Shown: piece after piece, positions 57,658-64,000 of the stretch
Position numbering within the stretch: the stretch's first letter is position 1
Layout of the letters: every line of letters starts with the position of its first letter
Assembly: GCA_030625565.1 (NCBI GenBank)
Contig: DAOUQO010000001.1
Coordinates: 3,220-67,219 of the forward strand
Source of the DNA: Aliiroseovarius sp.
GTDB lineage: Bacteria > Pseudomonadota > Alphaproteobacteria > Rhodobacterales > Rhodobacteraceae
Reading direction: 5' to 3'
Length of the DNA: 64,000 bases
Program-made: the position numbers and the translations under genes
Notes under the pieces: generated by a model
Seen by the model: the letters and a program-made list of their open reading frames with translations, nothing else
What the model was told of the DNA's origin: nothing
Databases searched by the model: none

Positions 57658-58068
57658 TTAGTCATCATCGTCATCTTCGCCATCGTCGTCGTCATCTTCG
57701 CCATCGTCGTCGTCATCTTCGCCATCGTCGTCATCTTCGCCATCGTCGTCGTCTTCGCCATCGTCATCATCTTCGCCATCGTCGTCATCTTCGCCATCGT
57801 CGTCATCTTCGCCATCTTCTGGGTCGTCACTATCTATCTCTTCAGAAAGCACGTTACCTTGGGCATCATACACCCGCTCCATAGATCCGCTGCCACCGAA
57901 AGCTTCGATTTCAAAACCACTTCCTGTATGTCTAACGTGGATTTCGGTATAACCCATGGCTGCCAAATCCGAAATGATAGCATCCAAAACTGCATCGGTC
58001 GCACTTAATGTAGTTGTTGCTAGAAGGGTGGCTGTAATCGATGCTGCCAGTAATTTTTTTATACGCAT
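57658..58068 (-). CDS. secreted PepSY-like domain protein with (GEDDDD)n polyacidic C-terminal tail
   Basis: Signal peptide MRIKKLLAASITATLLATTTLSA. The module ends ERVYDAQGNVLSEE. Tail is DPEDGEDDDD(GEDDDD)4(GEDDDDD)3. SD AAAGGAAA. Confidence 0.75.
   Translation of the reverse strand: MRIKKLLAASITATLLATTTLSATDAVLDAIISDLAAMGYTEIHVRHTGSGFEIEAFGGSGSMERVYDAQGNVLSEEIDSDDPEDGEDDDDGEDDDDGEDDDDGEDDDDGEDDDDGEDDDDDGEDDDDDGEDDDDD
57661..57813 (-). repeat. in-frame coding tandem repeat: 3 x 21 nt + 5 x 18 nt
   Basis: The plus strand reads (ATC/GTC)n-ATCTTCGCC units, and eight units end in TTCGCC. Confidence 0.95.
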
Positions 58069-58215
58069 GATGTTTCCTTTTTTACGCAGCCAGAGGTTCC
58101 GGCGAGCTGGGTTTGATAAACCGTAAAAAACTAGTCGTGCATATTGGACTTGGGTTTATTTCCAAGCGCCTAAACCGTGGGTAAATGCGCATAAACCAAA
58201 GTTTAGGCCATTTTA

Positions 58216-59463
58216 TTAACTTACTGGGCGACCTTCGGTATCGGACATGTCAAAGCCCAAATATTTGGCGACGGTAAAGATATCTTTGTCGCCGCGCCCG
58301 CACATATTCATGATCAGGATATGATCCTTGGGCAAATCAGGGGCAATTTTCATCACATGGGCCAGCGCGTGAGATGGCTCAAGCGCCGGGATAATGCCTT
58401 CGGTTGAACATGACAACTGGAATGCCTCAAGTGCTTCCATATCGGTGATGGCCACATATTCAGCGCGGCCAATTTCATGCAGCCAGCTATGTTCAGGGCC
58501 AATGCCGGGGTAATCCAGACCTGCGGAAATTGAATACCCTTCAAGGATCTGGCCGTCGTCATCTTGCAACAAATACGTGCGGTTACCATGCAGAACGCCC
58601 GGGCGCCCGCCGGTCAGGGATGCGCAATGTTCCATTTTGGCAGTAACGCCTTTGCCGCCGGCCTCGACGCCAATAATGCGCACGCTATCATCATCCAGAA
58701 ACGGAAAAAACAGGCCCATCGCGTTTGAGCCACCGCCGATGGCTGCAATAAGCGTGTCGGGCAAACGCCCCTCGGCCTTCATGATTTGCACCTTGGCTTC
58801 TTTGCCAATGATCGACTGGAAATCACGCACCATCGCAGGGTACGGGTGTGGGCCAGCAACAGTTCCGATGCAATAAAATGTGTCGTTTACGTTGGTCACC
58901 CAGTCGCGCAGGGCGTCATTCATCGCATCCTTAAGCGTGCCACGGCCAGAAGTGACAGGAATCACCTCGGCCCCCAAAAGGCGCATACGAAACACATTGG
59001 GCGATTGGCGCTCAACATCATGTGCGCCCATATAGACCACACATTTCAGGCCAAATTTTGCACAAACCGTTGCCGTTGCAACCCCATGTTGGCCCGCGCC
59101 AGTTTCAGCAATAATGCGGGTTTTACCCATGCGACGCGCCAACAGGATTTGGCCCAGAACATTGTTGATCTTGTGGGCACCAGTGTGGTTCAGCTCATCA
59201 CGTTTAAGGTAAATTTTTGCGCCACCCAGATGCTTGGTCAGGCCTTCGGCGTAATATAGCGGCGACGGGCGACCAACATAATGTTCCCACAGATCATCCA
59301 TTTCGGCCCAAAACGCATCATCGGTTTTGGCCTTTTCATATTCGGCCTCAAGGGACAAAATAAGCGGCATCAGGGTTTCCGAAACAAAGCGCCCGCCGAA
59401 ATCGCCAAACCGGCCTTTTTCATCGGGACCATTCATAAAGGAGTTAAACAGATCGTCGTTCAT
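58216..59463 (-). CDS. trpB: tryptophan synthase beta chain
   Basis: PLP-lysine motif [11 protein letters not shown] and [11 protein letters not shown] 59463 (MNDDLFNSF..) is preceded by AAAGGG, so the track start 59535 is an over-extension. Confidence 0.96.
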   Translation of the reverse strand: MNDDLFNSFMNGPDEKGRFGDFGGRFVSETLMPLILSLEAEYEKAKTDDAFWAEMDDLWEHYVGRPSPLYYAEGLTKHLGGAKIYLKRDELNHTGAHKINNVLGQILLARRMGKTRIIAETGAGQHGVATATVCAKFGLKCVVYMGAHDVERQSPNVFRMRLLGAEVIPVTSGRGTLKDAMNDALRDWVTNVNDTFYCIGTVAGPHPYPAMVRDFQSIIGKEAKVQIMKAEGRLPDTLIAAIGGGSNAMGLFFPFLDDDSVRIIGVEAGGKGVTAKMEHCASLTGGRPGVLHGNRTYLLQDDDGQILEGYSISAGLDYPGIGPEHSWLHEIGRAEYVAITDMEALEAFQLSCSTEGIIPALEPSHALAHVMKIAPDLPKDHILIMNMCGRGDKDIFTVAKYLGFDMSDTEGRPVS

Positions 59464-59598
59464 AGCAGCACCCTTTCGCGATTTCCCCTGTCCTAGTGCG
59501 CACAGCCGATAAGGGCAAGGGGATCGCCGCCGCATATGGACAAGCCTTTATCCGCGCGCCATTGTCAGGCAACAGTTTAGACCAAGGAAAGCAGATCA

Positions 59599-60114
59599 AT
59601 GTCACACAAAGAACGCCTGATTTCAGGCATTGGCGGCGGGCTGGCCATTTTTATTGTCTTTTCGCTTACGCTTGTGGGTGAGCACGAAATGCACACACGG
59701 GTAATCCTGATCGCCTCGATGGGGGCAAGTGCGGTTCTGCTGTTCGCGGTCCCGCATGGGCCAATGTCGCAGCCTTGGAATGTCATTGGCGGGCATATGG
59801 TTTCCGCGCTTATTGGCGTGGCTTTGCACAAGTTCATCACTGATCCGGCGCTGGCTGCTGGCCTTGCGGCAGGTTTAGCAATTTTGGCGATGCTGTATCT
59901 TGGGTGCCTGCATCCACCCGGCGGGGCCTCGGCGTTAATTCCGATTTTATCGGGCAGTGCAGCAGATGAATACGGGCTAACAATGGTGCTGTTTCCCATT
60001 GGTTTTGGCGCTGTTTTAATAGTTTTATTCGCGGTACTTTATAACCTGCCATTTTCTTGGAGGCGTTACCCGCTTGCGTTATGGCAGCGTACCGTGCCTG
60101 CAAAATCCGACTAA
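59599..60114 (+). CDS. HPP family membrane protein
   Basis: Signature CLHPPGGASALI and four to five TM helices. Confidence 0.8.
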   Translation: MSHKERLISGIGGGLAIFIVFSLTLVGEHEMHTRVILIASMGASAVLLFAVPHGPMSQPWNVIGGHMVSALIGVALHKFITDPALAAGLAAGLAILAMLYLGCLHPPGGASALIPILSGSAADEYGLTMVLFPIGFGAVLIVLFAVLYNLPFSWRRYPLALWQRTVPAKSD

Positions 60115-60759
60115 TTAAGAATGTGCGTTTTTGATGAAGGCGCGGATTAAATCAGCGTCCTTAATTCCTGGCGTGCTTTCAACACCCGATGAAACATCAA
60201 CCTGCATCGCACCGGTCAGGGAAATTGCTTCGGCCACATTGTCAGGGGTCAGCCCACCGGCCAGCATCCACGGGCAGGCCCATTTGTGCCCCTTGATCAA
60301 ACGCCAGTCGAAAGACAGCCCGTTACCCCCCGGAAGATCGGCATTTTTCGGCGGCTTGGCGTCCAGCAACAACTGATCCGACACCTCGCCGAAGGCGGTG
60401 GCAAACTTAAGGTCGCCAGCATCGGCGATGCCGACAGCCTTCATAACAGGAAGGCCATAACGCGTGCGAATTTCGACAACCCGTTCAGGGGTTTCACTGC
60501 CATGCAGCTGCAACATATCCAAGGGGACTTTGGCGGTGATTTCATCCAGAAAGGCGTTATCGGCATTCACAGTCAGGGCAACCTTGGCAATGCCCGGCGG
60601 CACATCAAGCGCAAGTTGCGCGGCCTGTGCCACGCTAACGTTTCGCGGTGATTTTGCAAAAAACACAAGGCCCAGATAGCGCGCGCCAGCGTCAGCGGCG
60701 CAGGTAATATCCGCACTGGTGGACAGGCCACAAATCTTAACACTGATATGGCGGGGCAT
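60115..60759 (-). CDS. trpF: phosphoribosylanthranilate isomerase
   Basis: [12 protein letters not shown] and [16 protein letters not shown]. 214 aa. Confidence 0.92.
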   Translation of the reverse strand: MPRHISVKICGLSTSADITCAADAGARYLGLVFFAKSPRNVSVAQAAQLALDVPPGIAKVALTVNADNAFLDEITAKVPLDMLQLHGSETPERVVEIRTRYGLPVMKAVGIADAGDLKFATAFGEVSDQLLLDAKPPKNADLPGGNGLSFDWRLIKGHKWACPWMLAGGLTPDNVAEAISLTGAMQVDVSSGVESTPGIKDADLIRAFIKNAHS

Positions 60760-60765
60760 ACGAAT

Positions 60766-61107
60766 TTAGTCCAGCAAGGCCAAAACGTCATCGCCTTTTT
60801 CAGCGCCGGGGCCTTTCAGGCGATCGACCTCGCGCGCAAGGCGATCGCGGTCGCGTTTGCTGGCCGCACCTTCGACACGCAAGCGGTGTTCACGCAGCCA
60901 TTCCCAAACGAAACCGATCAGGATTCCCGCGATGATGCCCGCAAAAATGATGATGAATAACGGCAGGGTAATTGCCCCGGATATTCCGGCGAAATCAGAG
61001 ACCGCAACAGGCAGCAAGTGAAGCGTTACCACCCCGCGATTAGCCAAGGCGACAGTGATCAGCACAACGGCCAATGCGGCCAAAAATGCATAGCGGATAT
61101 ATCGCAT
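60766..61107 (-). CDS. LapA-domain (DUF1049) inner membrane protein
   Basis: Two TM helices followed by a basic coiled tail (REHRLRVEGAASKRDRDRLAREVDRLK). Sits in the usual position between ihfB and trpF. Confidence 0.7.
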   Translation of the reverse strand: MRYIRYAFLAALAVVLITVALANRGVVTLHLLPVAVSDFAGISGAITLPLFIIIFAGIIAGILIGFVWEWLREHRLRVEGAASKRDRDRLAREVDRLKGPGAEKGDDVLALLD

Positions 61108-61116
61108 GGACGCCTC

Positions 61117-61398
61117 TTATCTACCGTTCAAACGGTCCCTAAGTGCTTTGCCGGTTTTAAAGAACGGCACGTGCTTTTCTTCAACCTGTACAGATTCGCC
61201 AGTGCGTGGGTTGCGCCCCACACGGGCCTCACGTTTTTTTACTGAAAACGCACCAAAGCCGCGCAGTTCAACCCGATCACCGCGTGCCATGGCATCAATA
61301 ATCTGTTCAAACACTGTGCTTACAATACGTTCAACATCACGCTGATAAAGGTGTGGATTTTCATCAGCTATTATTTGGACCAATTCCGACCGGATCAT
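61117..61398 (-). CDS. ihfB: integration host factor subunit beta
   Basis: [45 protein letters not shown] 61398 is preceded by GGGGGGAA. Confidence 0.94.
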   Translation of the reverse strand: MIRSELVQIIADENPHLYQRDVERIVSTVFEQIIDAMARGDRVELRGFGAFSVKKREARVGRNPRTGESVQVEEKHVPFFKTGKALRDRLNGR

Positions 61399-61640
61399 TA
61401 AAATTCCCCCCAAAGCCTTATGAGTGCAGCACTTATTCGACTGCATTGTTTATGGAGTATATCGCTAAAATGGAATTTGAGGAATAAGGCGAAGGCAGTT
61501 TCTTTAACAAATTTCAGCCTAACCCAGTGCTTTTTTTCGAAAACATCACCCAAAAGCTTGGTTCTGCGACCAATCGACAAGGCAAGCAGCGCTCTGTGGT
61601 TAATTTGCACCCGATGATTCGCGACCTTTACCAAAGGGCA

Positions 61641-61678
61641 ACAAAAAACGGCCCCGCTGGTTAAGGCGAGGCCGTTTA
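61641..61678 (-). terminator. intrinsic terminator downstream of rpsA
   Basis: Minus-sense AAACGGCC..GGCCGUUU (8 bp plus 3 inner pairs), followed by UUUUUUGUUG. Confidence 0.7.
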
Positions 61679-61697
61679 AACTGTTTCAGTCGTCGAT

Positions 61698-63377
61698 TTA
61701 GTCGTCGGTGCTTAGGGCTGCACCAAGGATATCACCAAGCGACGCGCCCGAGTCGGACGAGCCGTATTGTGCGACTGCCTCTTTCTCTTCTGCAATTTCG
61801 CGGGCTTTGATCGACAGGCCAAGGCGGCGCGATTTTGCGTCCACATTGGTTACACGTGCATCAATTTTATCGCCAACACCGAAACGCTCGGGGCGTTGTT
61901 CGGCACGGTCACGCGACAGATCCGAGCGGCGAATGAAGGCTTTCATACCTTCGTATTCCACCTCAATACCGCCCTCTTCGATGGACGTCACAGCAACGGT
62001 TACGATAGCACCGCGCTTCACGCCGCCAACGGCTTCGGCAAACTTGTCGCCGCCCAAGCCTTTGATCGACAGGCTGATGCGTTCTTTGTCGGTATCAACG
62101 TCGGAAACAACGGCCTGAACCATGTCGCCTTTGCGGTATTCCTGAATGGCTTCTTCGCCACGCTGGTCCCAGCTGATGTCAGACAGGTGAACCATACCGT
62201 CGATGTCGCCTTCGAGGCCAATGAACAGACCGAATTCGGTGATGTTTTTGACTTCGCCTTCGACTTCGGTGCCTTCGGGGAAGGCTTCGGCAAAGTTTTC
62301 CCATGGGTTGCGCATGGTCTGTTTCAGACCAAGGGAAACGCGACGTTTTGCACCGTCGATTTCCAGAACCATGACTTCGACTTCCTGGCTGGTGGATACG
62401 ATTTTGCCCGGATGGATGTTTTTCTTGGTCCAGGACATTTCGGATACGTGTACCAGGCCTTCGACGCCGGCTTCCAGTTCAACAAATGCACCGTAATCGG
62501 TGATGTTGGTAACGCGGCCCATATGGACAGAATCCAGTGGGTATTTCGCGGCAACAACTTCCCAAGGATCTTCCTGCAGCTGTTTAAGGCCAAGGCTGAT
62601 ACGGTGGGTTTCTTTGTTGATTTTGATCACCTGAACGTTGATCGTTTCACCGATCGACAGGATTTCAGATGGGTGGTTCACACGGCGCCATGCCATGTCA
62701 GTGACGTGCAACAGCCCGTCAACACCGCCCAGATCAACAAACGCACCGTATTCGGTGATGTTTTTGACAACACCTTCGACAGTCTGACCTTCGGCCAGCT
62801 TGGCGATAACTTCGGCGCGCTGTTCGGCGCGGCTTTCTTCCAGAATGGCGCGGCGCGATACAACGATGTTGCCCCGGCGGCGATCCATCTTCAGGATTTG
62901 GAAAGGCTGCTTGAGACCCATCAATGGACCAGCGTCACGCACAGGGCGCACGTCAACTTGGGAACCTGGCAGGAACGCAACTGCGCCGCCAAGGTCAACC
63001 GTAAAGCCACCTTTGACACGGCCAAAGATAGCACCGTCAACGCGGGATTCGTCAGCGTATGCTTTTTCAAGGCGATCCCATGCTTCTTCGCGGCGGGCCA
63101 TTTCACGGCTGATAACCGCTTCGCCCTTGGCATTTTCAACCTGACGCAAGAAGACTTCGACGCTGTCACCAACGGCAACAACGGGGGCTTCTCCGGGTTC
63201 TGCGAATTCTTTGATGTCGACGCGGCCTTCCATTTTATAGCCTACGTCGATGATGGCTTGTCCAGCTTCAATAGCGATGACTTTGCCGCGAACTACCGAG
63301 CCTTCGGCCGGTGTGTCCATTTCGAAGCTTTCGTTAAGGAGGGCTTCGAATTCCTCCATAGATGTTGTAGCGCTCAT
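61698..63377 (-). CDS. rpsA: 30S ribosomal protein S1
   Basis: 559 aa with six S1 repeats (e.g. GKVIAIEAGQAIIDVGYK, GVVKNITEYGAFVDLGG, GRVTNITDYGAFVELE). Confidence 0.97.
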   Translation of the reverse strand: MSATTSMEEFEALLNESFEMDTPAEGSVVRGKVIAIEAGQAIIDVGYKMEGRVDIKEFAEPGEAPVVAVGDSVEVFLRQVENAKGEAVISREMARREEAWDRLEKAYADESRVDGAIFGRVKGGFTVDLGGAVAFLPGSQVDVRPVRDAGPLMGLKQPFQILKMDRRRGNIVVSRRAILEESRAEQRAEVIAKLAEGQTVEGVVKNITEYGAFVDLGGVDGLLHVTDMAWRRVNHPSEILSIGETINVQVIKINKETHRISLGLKQLQEDPWEVVAAKYPLDSVHMGRVTNITDYGAFVELEAGVEGLVHVSEMSWTKKNIHPGKIVSTSQEVEVMVLEIDGAKRRVSLGLKQTMRNPWENFAEAFPEGTEVEGEVKNITEFGLFIGLEGDIDGMVHLSDISWDQRGEEAIQEYRKGDMVQAVVSDVDTDKERISLSIKGLGGDKFAEAVGGVKRGAIVTVAVTSIEEGGIEVEYEGMKAFIRRSDLSRDRAEQRPERFGVGDKIDARVTNVDAKSRRLGLSIKAREIAEEKEAVAQYGSSDSGASLGDILGAALSTDD

Positions 63378-63606
63378 GAGCGGATGATTTCCTTTTTAGC
63401 GTTTATACTGGCCGTGCGGTTGGCTCCGCCGGTCTTTGGGTTTCGATTTGGCCGCGGGGGCGATGCAAAATACAAAGAGGGCCGGTATTTTCCGACCCTG
63501 CTCAGGCTCTTGCGGCCCCTTTAACAGGCGCGCGTATAGCTGGATTAGCAAGCCTGCGCAAGGGAAATGGCGCAACACCCTTTAAATGAGCGTCCTGATT
63601 GGCATC

Positions 63607-64000
63607 TTAGCCCAAACTGGGCGCTATATGGCCAATTGCGGCCTGAATTGCGTCGGCAATGCTTAGCTCAGAGGTGTCGATGGTCAGCGCATTATCGGCG
63701 GGTTTTAGCGGGGCAAGCGCGCGTTCGCTATCGCGTGTGTCGCGGGCAATCACATCGGCCAAAACCTTGGCGCGCGTGGTGGTGTCATCCTTGGCAGAAA
63801 ACTCCAGAAACCGGCGTTCAGCGCGGATTTCAGCGCTGGCTGTAATGAATAATTTCACATCCGCATCGGGGCAAATTACCGTGCCAATATCGCGCCCGTC
63901 CAGCACCGCGCCACCATCGCGCGCGGCAAAATCCTGTTGAAACGCCAATAATGCAGCGCGCACCTCGGGTATCACCGCAACTTTGCTGGCGGCTTGTGCA
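63607..64000 (-). CDS. cmk: cytidylate kinase, C-terminal part (5' end beyond the right window edge)
   Basis: ..[32 protein letters not shown].. is the Cmk core. The frame stays open to the window edge. Canonical position upstream of rpsA. Confidence 0.85.
   Translation of the reverse strand, partial: AQAASKVAVIPEVRAALLAFQQDFAARDGGAVLDGRDIGTVICPDADVKLFITASAEIRAERRFLEFSAKDDTTTRAKVLADVIARDTRDSERALAPLKPADNALTIDTSELSIADAIQAAIGHIAPSLG

Noticed and set aside
57051-57813. Possible CRISPR array because of regularly spaced short repeats
   Set aside because: The units are directly adjacent with no unique spacers. They are 18-21 nt long and in frame within coding sequence, and no cas genes are present.
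61767-63524. 585-aa plus-strand ORF, longer than any neighbouring gene
   Set aside because: It lies antisense to rpsA, whose six S1 domains are unmistakable. The antisense translation is low-complexity (F/D/N/G-rich) with no motif. Long shadow ORFs of this kind are typical opposite GC-biased genes.
1-64000. Mobile elements, prophage, tRNA/rRNA/tmRNA genes and defence islands
   Set aside because: I found no transposase, integrase, phage structural or cas-like ORF. No intergenic region shows a tRNA-like T-arm (GGTTCGAATCC type) or rRNA similarity. A slightly lower GC by eye in 36.9-37.6 kb, 40.6-47.5 kb and 53.1-53.8 kb is not sufficient to call islands without a computed GC/codon profile.

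Overview
This 64-kb window looks like a moderately GC-rich alphaproteobacterial chromosome. The gene orders cmk-rpsA-ihfB-lapA-trpF/trpB, ruvCAB-ybgC-tolQRAB-pal-cpoB-tilS-ftsH, hflKC-degP and gor-rpiA suggest a Rhodobacterales-like organism, but that is inference only. I support about 68 densely packed protein-coding genes. One is an edge-truncated membrane protein that is missing from the ORF track. Most genes are housekeeping: C1/folate (fhs, folD), the Tol-Pal envelope system, Holliday junction resolution, FtsH/HflKC/DegP quality control, purA, pyrG, secG, thrS, pth, trpF/trpB, rpsA and cmk. Recognisable accessory modules are a PHA locus (phaR, phaC, phaZ plus two alpha/beta hydrolases), the O2-independent ubiquinone genes ubiT-ubiU-ubiV, two tandem cold-shock genes, a GATase/glutamine-synthetase-like pair and a TPR-sulfotransferase. 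I found no rRNA, tRNA, CRISPR array, transposase, integrase or prophage gene. Many ORF-track starts are over-extended or use TTG/GTG, and I re-assigned several from SD context and family N-termini. The most unusual content, in order: (1) a three-gene cassette at 56.5-58.1 kb that encodes two secreted PepSY-like proteins with long poly-Asp/Glu tails, written as near-perfect 18/21-nt tandem repeats, next to a membrane-anchored LuxR-type regulator; (2) a 33-36 nt dispersed element present three times, each copy immediately 3' of a stop codon in sense orientation; (3) several tightly coupled genes of unknown function (TerB plus a Trp-rich protein, an AAA+ ATPase next to a LytTR membrane protein, a 647-aa hyper-acidic protein, and an ORF wedged between ruvB and ybgC). 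All family calls come from motif recognition by eye. No database search was run.
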